A stretch of DNA of 64,000 bases from Cyanophora paradoxa CCMP329 (lineage: Eukaryota; Plantae; Glaucophyta), in assembly GCA_004431415.1 (NCBI GenBank), contig QPMI01000439.1:124001-188000 (forward strand), given 5' to 3'. The notes beneath the pieces were generated by a model that made no database searches, was not told the DNA's origin, and saw only the letters and a program-made list of their open reading frames with translations. Position numbers and translations under genes: made by a program. This document shows positions 12,301 through 24,556 of this stretch, in pieces. How positions within the stretch are numbered: position 1 is the stretch's first letter; each line of letters opens with the position of its first letter.

Positions 12301-15222
12301 GAGGGCCTCCTTGACGGCCTCGGTGTCCTCCTCCTCCTCCTCGGCGCCCCCGCTGGCGGTCGCCTCCCCGGCCAGCGGCTTCCAGTCGTAGCTGCCCGAG
12401 AAGGGCGCCCACAGCAGCGTCTGCGCGGGGCGAGGAAGCAGAAGTCAGAGCGGGCGAGCTTGAGGTAGGTTCCTTGTGTTCAAAAGCACGATATAAGAAG
12501 GATTTGAGATTCAAGAGCTTTAGTGAGACGAGGAAGTGAGAAGAGGACGAGGAAGTAAGAAGAACCCAGAGCGAGCGAGCTTGGGATAGTGAGGAGGAGG
12601 AGCGGATGCTTCTTTGTGCTCAAGATGCACGATGCTGGGCGGGGCTGCCAGGCTGGGCTGGGCGGGGCGGGGCGGGGCTTGGCGGGGCGGGGCGCACGGC
12701 GGAGTTGGTGCCGATGTCGAAGGCGGAGGCGGGGATGGCCTTGGGGTCGTCCCCCGCGATCGGCACGCAGACGGCGGCCGCCGAGGCGGGGCCCACCACG
12801 CCGGCCTGGGCGACGAGGGCGGTGAGGCGAGGCGAGGGCGAGGCGAGGACAGAGGGCAGAGGAGGCGGCGGAGGCGAGGCGAGGCGAGGACAGAGGGGGC
12901 GGTCTAAGAACAAGAGAGGGGCCTTGTTACGCTAGCTAGCTAGCTCGCCCCGGTGGCCTTTAGTAGCCTTAAGAGGCGGGCGGGCGGGGGGGCGGGCGGG
13001 CGGGGGTACCTTGTTGCGGGCGGAGACGGTGAAGGTCAGCGGCTGGGTGCCCTCCCCCGGGAGGCGGCCCGCCGTCGCCGAGAAGTAGAAGCGGGGGCCC
13101 TCGCCGGCGGCCGAGACCTCGCCGAGCTTGGTACCCCCCGCGTGGATCTCGTACGCCTCCAGCGCCGCGCCGCCGGAGCTCGCCGGCGGGCGCCACTCGA
13201 GGCTGATGGCGGCCGGGACGGAGCCGACGGCGGCCGTTGCGGAGGCGGCGAAGGCGACGGGGGCGCCGGGCGCGCCCTTCGGCGCGCGGGCGGCGTCGCC
13301 GGGGCCCATCGGGAGCGAGAGGACGAGGGGCGGGCTGGAGGCGAGCTGACGCCCGTCGTTGCCGACGGCGACGATGACGAAGGAGTGGGAGCCGACGGGG
13401 AGGTCCCGCGCCGTGTAGGTCGTCGTGTCGGGCGGGAGCTCGGCGACGAGCTTGCGGCTCTCGCCGGCGAGGACCCGGTACGCCTTGACGCCGGCGGGGA
13501 TGCCGGTCAGCTGGGCCACGGCGTTCATCTGGGCCAGAGCCATGTCCAGGCGCTGCGCGCGCGCGCGGATCAAATCGAATCAGATCAGATCAGATCGGAT
13601 CAAATCGATGAAAAGCGCACGCGGGAGGACGAGGAGGCGGAGCCGAAGGACGACCCGCGGCCCGCGGCGCCGTGCGCGGCGTCCGCACCAAAGGCCGACG
13701 CCGCCATCTCGACGTACCCGTTGGAGCCGTCGGCGGCGCGGAGGGCCTCGCGCCTGCGGACGAAGGGGCGGTACAGGGCGATTTGGGCCATGAGCTCTCC
13801 CAGGCGGTTTCGGATGCGGTCAAGCTCGTCCTCGTCGACGCTCAGGTCCGGCTGCGAACGAAGATCAAATTGGATGAAATCTCTCGGATCGAATTGGACT
13901 CTAGGAGCGCACGTAGAGGAGGTTCTCGATCATCTTCATCGCCTTGTCGAGGAGGCGGCGCATGCGGCAGGACGGGTCCAGGTACCTGCGGGGGTACGGC
14001 GTTCAGGAGGGGGGGCGAGGAGGGAGGGGGGTACGGCCGCACATGTGGTCGGCCTCGATGGTGACCTCGCACGCGTTGCCGTTCGTGAGGGCCCACCTGC
14101 GCGGGGTCGTCGTCCGGGGGGGGGGGGGGGGGGGGAGGGGGGAAGGAGGGGCAAAGGAGGGGTAGGGGGTAGAGCGGGCGGGCGGGCGCACGCGTAGTGG
14201 TGCCACGAGTAGTCGTTGAAGGTGACCGGCTTCTTATCCTTGTCCGTCACCTGTACCCCGGGGTTGGCGGGGGGGGGGGAGGAGGCGAAAGCCGGCCGGG
14301 GGTACCGCACCTCGCCCATGTACATCTGGGCGTAGATGTTGAAGCGGTCGGGCACTGCGATGTGCGTGTGCGCGCGGCCGCGTCATGGGGGTACCGCCGC
14401 GGCGCGGGGGTACGCGTGCGGAGCGCACTCTTGTGGCCGATGGCGAAGTTGGGGCCCTTCTGCCAGAGGATGCGGTCGCCTTTGCGGATGATGAACTTGA
14501 ACTCTGATGCGGTACCCCCCGGCCCCTAGTCAGAGAAGCGGTACGGCGGGGACGCGCGCGCGGAGCGGGGCGCGGGACAGCCGCACCGAAGGGCAGGAGG
14601 GTCTTGGACACGTGGATGAACAGGCCGCCGTGCTCGTTGATGGGGATCGACTTGCGCACGTCCCAGGCGCCCAGGCAGCGGGGCGAGCCGGTGACGGAGA
14701 TGAGGACTCCGGGCTGGAGTCCGAGCTGCTTGTAGTTGCAGTGGAAGGAGACGACCACGTCGTCCTGAGGAAAGAGCGGAGAGTGAGTGAGCGGATCGTT
14801 CGTTCATTCGGATGGATGGAAACAGGAAGCAGCTCTTCGGACCTCGTTGTAGTCGAGCTGTGAGCGGGCGCGCCGGGAACGGGTCAGCGCGCAGCGGCCG
14901 CCGGGCGCGCAGCGAGCGAGCGGGCGAGCGCGGTTTCGTTCGCTCGTCGCGCATACGAACCTCGATGTTGGAGATGAGGTCGGAGAAGGCGCCGTAGCGG
15001 GACTTGATGAGGTGCTCCGCGGCCTTGGTCTGGATGACCTGTTTTGACCGGCGCGGCGCGGCCGACGGCGTCAGACGGCGTCGAAACGAGCGCAGAACGC
15101 GTCTGCGGCGGCGGCGGAGCGCGCACCGCGCCCTTCTCCTCCTTCTCCTCGATGACGACCTCGCCTCCGAGGCTGACGCGCTTCGTCGGCGTCGCCATCT
15201 CGTCGACGGCAACCGGAGGCAT
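4581..15222 (-). CDS. Multi-exon protein: N-terminal CBM20-like starch-binding domain, coiled coil, ~7 fibronectin type III repeats
   Basis: Spliced reading gives VVSFHC..ISVTGSPRCLGAWD..KFIIRKGDRILWQKGPN (CBM20 pattern). FN3 units follow, e.g. PGAP..LEWRPP..YEI, PAAPTGLRATDVTPTSAMLEW..LEPAKLYAFAVRAV..GAGPLS and VTPSSATVSW..LEGGKPYFIQVRAV. Heptad segment RIAELEAEVARLRIK/LAEKERELAELRDLVDQLRAE. Stop TGA at 4581. Confidence 0.8.
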
Positions 15223-16772
15223 CTGAACTGCGCACGCGTGCGCAGCGACGGCGTGAGGCCGGCTCGGAGGCGCATTCAGTTGGGCGTGGTCGGCTCGGTG
15301 ACTCGCGGTCGGGGCAATTTGCGCGGCGCCCGCGAGTTCACGGAGCGTCTAAACGTCGTTAGAAGAGTGCTTAGGAGCGCTAGGAGCGGCCGCCAAAAAG
15401 GTCGCCGACGGCCGCGTCCGCGGTTCGGCTGCAGAACCTCCGAACGCGGCCAGCGGACGCCTAGGGCGCGCTTCGACGGCGCACCTGATGCTCGACGAGG
15501 AGAACTGCGCCTGTCTGGCGCGGCGGCGGCGGAAACGGCGACCTGGCGGCGGGTTGGTCCTCGCGTGCCAGAAGCTCCGAAAGTGCTGACGCGTTGCGAA
15601 CGCAGTGAAACCGCGTACCCCCACTGTTTAGAGGTTTCGAAAATTCGCCGGCGCCGGCGCCGGCTAGCGCTTCGACTTGGGGAAATTCTCACAGTCTAGC
15701 CTAGTAGAAGCCGCGGCCGTGCACGACTGCACGTGCAGGCTAACGGTGCAGGCGGCAGGCCAGGCAGCCTGAGGCAGGCCTAGGCCGGCGGCGCGCGCGG
15801 CACCCGCCGGCCGATGTGCAAAGCCGGACCGCCGGCCCGCCGGGCCGCGGCGTCGACGCGCGGGCGCCCGGCGGCGGCCCGCGCCGCGCGGGCGCCCGGC
15901 GGCGGCCCGCGCCGGCGCCGCCGGCCCGCCGCCGGGCGCCCGCGCCGGCCCCGCGGGCCGCGGCCCCGGGGGCCGGCCCGGGGGACCCGGCGCGGCGGGC
16001 GCGCTCGAGCCGCGAGGCTCCGGCGGCGGCTCCGAGCCCGCCGCCGGAGCCCTGAGGCCGGCGCCGGCAGCGCGCGAGGGGTCACTGGGTCAGCCGTGAT
16101 CATCATGGCATGAGGCCCTTCAAGTTCTAGATTGATCTGCGCGTGCCATGCCATGATGAAGGGGCCGCGCCGCGGAATGGAAAGAGGGCCACTGCGCATG
16201 CGGCGCGCCGCGCCGCGCGCGCAGCCTCGCGGCGCATGCATGCAGGGACCGCGCGTCCCGGCTCCGAGCAGCTGCAGGGACCGCAGCCTTAAGCCTAGGC
16301 CTAGGCCTAGGCCTGGGCGCCCCGCGTCTCTTCTTAAGCTAATTAAGCCTTATAATTAGCTCTCGCCTAGCAGCTAGCGGGCGCTCGCTCGCAGGCCCAG
16401 GGGCAGGGGCAGGGGCGCAAGGGGTTCGCGGCCTAATTTCAGAGCTCTAGGCCTTCTGCAGGGGCTCTTGCCGCCCACCACCGCTTTAGGCTCAAAAGAT
16501 TGAACTCTTGCCGCCCACCAGTGTTCCCCAAGAGATCGAAAGATTGGATTCCTGCCGTTTATCGATATCTAACACTCGGCCCCGCGGGACGACGACGACG
16601 ACGCGAGCTCGAGGGCGGCGCGCAGGCGGTCCATGGCCAGGAGCCCCCGGGCGCCCACCAGTGTTCCCACCAGTGTGCGCCTCGAGAACGGGGGACGCCG
16701 CCGCTTCTTGAACGGAAGCACGCCTAGCGCCTCCGCCACACCCGCGAGGGATCTAAATCCCTCGCTTCTATC

Positions 16773-19700
16773 CTACGACGCGAGGGCGGCGCGCAGGCGG
16801 TCCAGGAGACCCCGCGCGGCCCCCTCCGGCAGCTCCTCCAGGGCCCCCGGCTCCCCGCTGCCCCGCCCCCGGTCAGCCCAAGCTCAGGGGAATCGAAATG
16901 AAAACTTTAGGCTTCAGGTTCAGGGCGAGACTTCAAAGCTCCAAAGCTAAGCTTAAAGCTTGTAATAATGAAGATTGATGTTAATTATAACATCCCTTCC
17001 AGTTCCTTTAGGGCCCGCGGCTCGCCGGGCCCCCGGCCCCCGGTCAGCACAAGCTCAAGCTCAAGAGGCTCACGATCAAGAAGAAGGGGGAATCTAAATG
17101 AAACTTTTAGAGCTAGCGCTTCAGGCCTAGGGCGAGTTTGAAGCTTGCAGCTGCATAGCTCTAGATTGATCTAAAGGTTCAGCAAGGAAGGGGAAGGAAG
17201 CTTTTTTATTCAGTTAGAAGCTTAAGCTTAAGGGGAGGGGGGCGGGCGCACGCGAGGGCCCCCGCGACGCGCTCGAGGTCCCGCTCCGCCCCGAAGACCT
17301 CCCGCCGCTTCCTCTCGAGGAGGAGCAGGTGCCCCTGCAGCCCCGCCGCCCGCTCCCGCTCCGCCGCCGACGGCCGCGCCGCCTGCGCGCGCGCGCGCCG
17401 CGTCACAAAGAAAGCCACGGCTGAGGCTGGGCGGGCCCGCGCGAGCGTGCCTGCAGCTTAAAAGCTTAAAAGCTTAAAAAGCATAAGCTTGAAGTTGCAA
17501 TCGAGGTTAATGGAAAGCTTCGGGGCGAGAATGTAAAGGGCCGCGCGCCTGCAGCTCTGCCAGGCGCCCTTCGGCCACGCGCCGCTCCAGCTCCGCCAGG
17601 TCCACCTCCGCCGCCGCCGCCGCGGCCCCCGAGCGCTCCGCCTCGAGCAGGGACCCCGTCCCCTCGATGGCCCCCGCCAGCTCCTGCAGCGCGGCGCTGA
17701 CCGCGTCCCGCTGCGCGAGCGCGAGCCGAGTCAGGCTTTGTCCAGCGGGAAGCTCAGAAGATACATAAGCTTAAACTAGAGAGAAGCTTAGGCTTCGCCC
17801 AGCAGACAGCTTAAAGCGAAAGCTTGAAGGATAAACTTCGGCCTAAGAGTAAGCTTAAGGCCGCCGCACCTGCGCGCGGGCCTCTTCCACGCGCCGCTAA
17901 AGGAAGCTAAAAAGCTAAAGCCATTAGTTAAAAAGAAGAAGGAAGCTAAAAGATAAAAAAGAAGCTAAAAGCAGAAGCTTGAAAGGAGAGGCTTCGGACT
18001 TCGGCCGCACCTGCGCCCGGGCCTCTTCCACGCGCCTTCGTAGGTCCGCGACCGGGCTGCCCCCGCCGGCCCCACTCGAGCTCCCGCCCGCGCCCGGCGG
18101 CTCCGCCGGGCGCGCGTGCTCGTACCTGCGAGCTCGAGCGGGTCATGATCAAGAAGAAGGGGGGAATCCAATGAAAGCTTTATGGAGATTCAGGGCAAGA
18201 CTTCTTAGTTTAAAGCTTCAATTTACGCGCGTGCTCCGCCGGGTGCGCGCGCCCCCCGAGAACGGGAGCGCTGCCACGCGCGCGCGCGCACATGCAGGGA
18301 TTCCGCTGGCATCGCCCCTCCAGGAAAAAGTAGCAGACGCGCCCGCGCCCGCCGCCGCCGCCGCCGCCGCGCGCGCTGCCCCGCTTCGCCTCGCCGTTGG
18401 CCGAGGAGGACTCAGCCCGGGCCCGCGCCCCGGCCGCGCGCTCGACGTCGACCTGGCGCCGGAGTTGCGCGACGGCGGCGCGGCGGGCGCGCAGCTCGGC
18501 CTCCAGAGCCCCCCGCTCCTTCTCCTCCTCCTCCTCCTCCTCCGCCCGCGCCCCGTTCTGCTCCGCGGAGCCGCCGGCTCCGCGCGCGGTTGGCGCTGCT
18601 TCAGCCTTGGCCTCTGCCTCGCGGCGCGGCTGCTGGATTTTGGGCTGCGCGCCCTGCGCCCGTTGCTGAGGCCGCTCCTGCTGCTGGCCCTGCTGCGGCT
18701 GCCCCTGCTTCTGCTGCTGCAGCTGGCCCTGCTGCTTCTGCGCCTTGGGCGGCTGCTGCGCTTGCGACTGCGGCGCCGGCGCCGGTGCTGCCAGCTTCGG
18801 TTGAGGGCGCTGCAGCTGCCCTTGCTCCTGCGTCTTGAGCTGCTGCTGCTCTTGCCTCCGCCGCCGCCGCTTTTCATCATCCTCGCGCCGCGAGAGCTCC
18901 TCCTCCTCCCGCTTCCGGCGCTCCTCCTCCCTTCGCCGCTCCTCCTCCCGCCTCTGCTCCACTTCGCGCCGGCGCTTCTCCATCTCCTCCTGCTGCCGCC
19001 GCTGCTGCTCCTGCCGCTTGGCCGCCGCCCGCGCCGCCTCTGCCTTCTTCTGGTCCTCCGCGCTTGTCACCTCGCCGATCAGCTGCGCGGCGAGCGCGTC
19101 ACGCGCGGCCAGCTCCGCCGCCTCCCGATCCGCCGCCGCCCGCTCCGCCGCCCGCTCCGCGTGGAGGACGGCCCATGCGTGGGAGGCGGCTGCCCGGCAC
19201 GCCGCCTCCAGCGCGCGCCGCTCGCCGACGACGGCCGCGGCGCGGAGGAATGCGAGCTGGGCCTTGCCCAGCTCGCTGAGGGCGGCGCGGGAGCGGGCCA
19301 GGAAGCGCAGGGTGGAGTACGTGGCCTCCAGCTCCACTTTGAGCCGCGACGCCAAGGAGGGCCCCAGCGCGCCCTTGACATCCGCGAGGCGGTCCGAGAC
19401 GGGCACCGCCACTTGGCCGGGAACGAGATTGAGCAGCGCCAGGGCGAGAACGGTCGCGTTCATGTTGGGCTCGAGCTCGCGCGGCCAGAGGCTGTGGGGC
19501 ACCCTGTCGTACGCCTCACGGACGACTTCGAGCTGACTGAGCACGCTGGGAAGGAGATCCTGCAGACAAAATTTAAATCGGTCAGATGTAGTTGCAATGA
19601 ATCAATAGAATATGCATGAATTCCGACGCACGTCGAAGTGCCGGCTGTAGAGAGTCTCCAGCTCCAAGACGGGGTGCGTGATGTGGCCCTCCGCGGCTCC

Positions 19701-21845
19701 AAAGGAGCGCAGGGCGCGGCGCGCGGCGGTGGCCGCGACGTGCAGCACCGCCCGAGGCTCCATGGCGCCCAGGTCGCAGCGGAGTTTGTTGCTGTCCGCG
19801 AAAAGGGCCGCGGTCCCGTCCTGCGCTTAGTCTCAGAGGAAGCACGGCTGGGTGACTGAGGGGCGACGCACGCGGAGTCGAAGCTCAGGGCCGCCCCCAA
19901 CGCACGCCGTAAGGTACGAAAACAAATCGGGGGCGAACCCGATCAGTTCCAGCATGCCGGCCCAGCGGCTGACGGCGGCCTCGACCTCGGCCTCCGATCG
20001 CAGGCCCTCGCAAAGCTTTTCGGTGGCAGGATGGAATCTGGCCGCGAGCAGCTGCAGCATGCCCTCGAGCGCCCTCGCGTTCGACAAGGCGCTGTCCATG
20101 GCTTCCTGCGCCGCATGCGGTCATGATCACGCCGCAACGGGGCGCCATGCGAATCAAGCCGAGGGCGCAGCGACCGCACCTTGGCTTCGGTCGCCAGCGA
20201 CACGAGCTGCCCGCGATCTGCTTTGAAAGCCGACTCGGACGCGAGCCGAAGCTCGGCCGCAATCGACGGCTCCAGCGCGGCCGCGAGTCCGGCCAGCGAC
20301 CGGCCCTCCGCAGCCGCCCGCAGCGCCACGTCGTCTCCTTGGGACTCCAGCGGCAGCGCTCCCGCTGCCACCGCGTCGATCGCCGCGCCGGCGGCCGCCG
20401 CGGCATCGGCCACGCGGCAGAAGAGGCAGGAGCCTTCGTGCTCAACGCAGGCCGTGGAGGGTCCCGAGGCCCGGTCGGCGGAAGCGGGGGAGAGGGGGAA
20501 TCGGGCAAGGAAGAAAGGAGCGGGAACAACGAAGGTCAGGTGAGTGAAGGCGAGCTTCGCGACCAGCGAGGAATTGGTCTTCTTCTCTTCCACCCGCACC
20601 CGAAGCACCTTCAGCGTCCCAAACGCGGCGGGGGCGTCCCCTATCACCCCGTCAGCGGCGGTGGGCGGAGCACCGGTACCGGACTAGGCACAAGAGTGGA
20701 TGGTTCGGGCCAGGCCGGACTCTAGCTAGCTGTAGGTGCAGGGCCGGACTAGGCTGGACTAGGCGCACCTTCGGAACGGCGGTTGTTCGCGTCGGCCGAC
20801 TTGGCTTCGCGGATGCCGTAGAAGCGGAGGGTACCGTCGGACGCGTCCAGGAACCGCGGCCGCACGACGAGGGGCGCCGACGTCGGCGTCAGGCCGCCCG
20901 CGAGCGCAAGGGCTTCCTGCCGCCCGAAGGTCCAAGCCGCCAGCGTCATCCCGCACGGAGGGAGCTGCATCCGAGCGCCAGGCCAGCGCTGGCACATGAT
21001 CCGCCCGAGACTGGAGGGGAGGATGACGGCGCGGGCGGCGTAGAAAAGCCGGCCCGAGTGCCCCACGCGCTGCGCGAGCGATCCCAACTCGTCCTCGTCC
21101 GCGAAATCAATCAAGAGTGCTTCAAGGTCGCTGCATGGCTTGTCAGGCTGCATCGCGACGATGAAGCCAGCGTCCGTTTTGGTCTCCATCACCAAAGCGC
21201 GATCCCCGGCGAGGCGCCAGGCAGCTCCTGCGCCGTGCATCAGACAGAGCGAAGGCTCCATATGCATGCCGCGCCGCGCAGCAGCTGCAAGGCTCGCGCA
21301 CCGCGTTCCGAGACGCATCGCGCCGTGCCCGATACGTCGGTGGCGGGCTCGCCGCGGTCGCGCAAGACCGCGAGGCCGCGTGGCGCGCGCTCCAAGGGCG
21401 CGCTGACCGAAGACGGAATGGAGTTCATCGTTTCGCAAAGCTGACACCGCAAATCCGGCACGGACATCGATGAACTGTTGAGAGACGGCACGACCGCTTC
21501 GCTGGCCGCCGAGCGGGTGTCCGGCTGCATAAAGTTCGACACCGCGAGCACTATAATATCGGGCGGATTGCCTTCTTCCCCGCGGCCGAGCGCGTCGAGG
21601 CTCGGAGGCACTGGGAGTCGCTGCAGCTCTCCTGCCAACGCGCTCGGCTCCATTGCGATCCGAAGGCACGCCTCCGCGCGCTCCCGCGGCAATCCCGCGG
21701 CCGCCGCGATGCGCTCGACGATCGCGCTGGCGGAGATGGAGTCGCCCGCTGCAGCCGGAGCGGCTTCCACAGCGACGGCGCTGCCCGCTGCTTCGCCGGC
21801 TCGCGGACGCCTGACACCATGCGAGCGTCCTCTGGAGGAGCGCAT
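16773..21845 (-). CDS. Large multi-exon coiled-coil protein with a CCCH zinc finger
   Basis: Exons join ORFs 21240-21845, 20749-22005 (part), 19943-20647, 19833-20099 and 18210-19544. E/R/Q-rich coiled coil. Spliced CYFFLEGRCQRNPCM|YEH = C-x7-C-x4-C-x3-H. Last exon ends ..LDRLRAALAS* at 16773. 5' exon connectivity is uncertain. Confidence 0.6.
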
Positions 21846-22160
21846 GGCGCTCCGGGGATGCTGCGGGGCGCGTCGGTGTGACGGGAGCGGGCGAGCGCGT
21901 CAAGGCGGGTTCCTGCGCACGCACTTTGCTCCACGAGCGCTGAAAACTCGCTACAGCTGCCTTCCGCCGCCGCGGGCGCGCTGGAGAGGCTTCGACTGCG
22001 GTCACCCTTCGAAAACTCCCTCACCGGGTTCGAACCGTGCAACTCGCGATTGGTGCCAGACGTGGGGATCCGCCAGGAGGCCGCAGCAGCAGCAGCACCA
22101 GCACATCGGATCGTGCTCTGGGAGCTCAGCGGCAGCGGCGAGTAGCAGCAGCAGCAGCTG

Positions 22161-24023
22161 ATGTTCTGCTTCGCCGTGTGCGCGCCGCCGCGGCCGGCCG
22201 CCGCCGCGGCGCTCCAGCCCAGCGGCGCATTGCGGGGATCTGCCGCCGATTCGCACGACGGGCGCGCGGCCACGCAGCGCCGGCGCGCTGACCGCGGGCG
22301 GCTCTCCGCACGCGCGGGCGCCCGCCCTGCACCGCCGCCGAGGCGGGCCTTCGCTGTTGTTCACTTCTCCGCGGCCGTTCGAAGCCCCCGGGCGCGCCCG
22401 CGATGGCTGCGGTGCGTCTGCGAGGCGGAGGGACGCGAGGAGGCGGCGGCAGCGGCGGCCGCCCTGCCGGCCGACGCTGAGGCACCATCGGGGACGCTAG
22501 AAGTGGAGATCAAGTCGCTCGTGCCGAGCGGCTCCGACCCGCAGCTTCGGGCGGGGGATGGCGGTTCCAGCAGCGGCGGCAGCGGCGGAACTGGAAGGAG
22601 AGGCGGCGGCGGAGGCGGCGGCGGCGGCGGGAGAGATGAGGGCGCGGGGGAGAGCGACGACTCGTCGTTCCGACTCTCGCTCTCCGGCTTCTGGTCCTGG
22701 TACAAGCTAATGCTGTCCCGCTACCCGCTCCGGTGCGCGTTGGGTCAACGCGCGCGCGCTGCCGCGCCGCCGCAGCCGCCTCGCCCTGTTCGACTCTCTC
22801 ACACGTGTGTGTGTGTGCGCGCGCGCAGGACGAACGCGGTGCAGTCGGCGGTCATCGGGGCGCTGGGCGACTCGCTCGCGCAGCGGATCGAGGAGAGGGA
22901 CGACCGGCGGCGCATCGCAAAGCTCTTCGCGTGGGGCCTGTTCCTCGGCGGGCCCATCGGCTACTTCTTCTACCGCTGGCTCGACGGCGCCTTCCCCACC
23001 AGCGCCGGTGCGTATACGTACCCCCTTCCCTCTTGCCCCCCCCCCCACGCCCACGCCCCGTACCCCCCAGGTCTCGGCAACGTCGCGCGAAAGGTCGCGC
23101 TGAACGCCGTCCTCCTCACGCCCGTCATCAACTTCCTCTTCCTCTCTTTCGGTGCCGCCGTACCCCCCTCCTCGCCCCCCTCGTTCCCCCTCCTCCCCCA
23201 TTTTTAAGCCGCCGGCAGTGAGGGCGGCGGACCTTGCAATGGATGGAGAACCCCGGCGCATCCCGCAAGAGGTGAGGCGGGCCAGGCCAGGCGGCCGGCA
23301 CAAGGGGCGCCGCCTGCTGCTCGCTAGCCTTGACTCACCGCCTCACCTGAGCGAACTACGCCTCGTGCCTGAGCCTCAACTGATCCTCCTCAGGTGAGGC
23401 GGAAGCTCGAGGCGGAGTGGGTGCGCGCCTACGTACACTCCTTCAAGATCTGGCCCCTCGCCCACTGTGCGCCCCCTACCCCCCTTCCCCCCTCCCCCCC
23501 TTCCTTCGTCTCCCCCCTCCCCCTGACCGCCCCGCGCCTTTCGGCGCAGTCTGCAACTTCGCGCTGGTCCCCGCCGAGTACCGCATGCTCGGTGCGGCCA
23601 GTTCCCCCCCCCCCCTCTCCTTCCCCCCCGTCCCGCCCGCCCTCCCACCCTTCTCTACTCCCTCCCCCTCCTCCCTCCTTCCCCCCCCTTTCCTTAGATA
23701 CCGCATTCTTGGTCCGGCCCCACGGCTCCCGGCCCCTTCCCAAAATCCATTTCGATAATTCTGATCTTTGGACTTCCACTTCTAAATCCCGGCACCTGTT
23801 CCCGCCCCGCCCCGCCCCTCTACTTCTAGATCTTTAGGCTTACGCTTACGCTTGAGCCTCCTCCGGTGCTCTGCGCTCTGCGTCATCTGAGCCGTCTCTG
23901 CCTCCTCCCCCGCCCGCAGTGATCAGCACGATCGCGGTGGGGTGGACGGCCTACCTCAGCTTCATCGGGCACCGGCCGGCCGGGCCCGGACACGCCCACG
24001 AGCCCAGACTTGGGCGGGCGTGA
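22161..24023 (+). CDS. Mpv17/PMP22 (PXMP2)-family membrane protein with long N-terminal presequence
   Basis: Spliced WYKLMLSRYPLRTNAVQSAVIGALGDSLAQ..GPIGYFFYRWLD..KVALNAVLLTPVIN..SFKIWPLAHFCNFALVPAEYRMLVISTIAVGWTAYLS matches the Mpv17/PMP22 motifs. Confidence 0.9.
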
Positions 24024-24556
24024 CCGCGCCGGCCTCTGGCTGGATCGGATAGGCTTCCTTTCCGGCCGTCGCTTCCGCCCCCGCGGGCCCGGCGCATGTA
24101 CATGTACATTTGATTCGGATTGAGCGCCCCGTGGCGGTTTAGTCCGGGTAAGGCCGGGGGGGAGGGGAGGGAGAGGGGGGGGGGGGGGGTATCCGGAAGA
24201 CGGGGTCGCCGCCGCCTCAAGGCGTCTCCTCCTCTGTATAGCTAGCTCTCTCGCAAGCTCCACGAATTCGTAGCGCCTTCGAATTCGTATTCGGCATGGC
24301 CGCTAGCTATAGCCCGGCGGATTCGCCTACGCCTTCGTTTGGGGCGCCGGCTACTCCGGGAGGTCGTACTCGAGGTACCCGGTTCCGTAGTACAAAATCA
24401 ATTAAGAGGCTCTGCGTATACTATAGCTAGGCAAGGCTCCCTCATCCCCAGCGCCGAGCGTGTACATGTGGCGCTTTCGAACTACTATTCGGCATGGCGC
24501 CGGCCGGCGCCGGCGCCGCTCGGCGGCTTCGCCTGCGTTCATGGATTCGCCTCGGG

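Noticed and set aside
12953-14197. 414-aa + strand ORF
   Set aside because: Antisense to FN3-gene exons; stop-poor because of extreme GC.
17979-19619. 546-aa Leu-rich + strand ORF
   Set aside because: Antisense shadow of the E/Q/R-rich coiled-coil exon on the minus strand.
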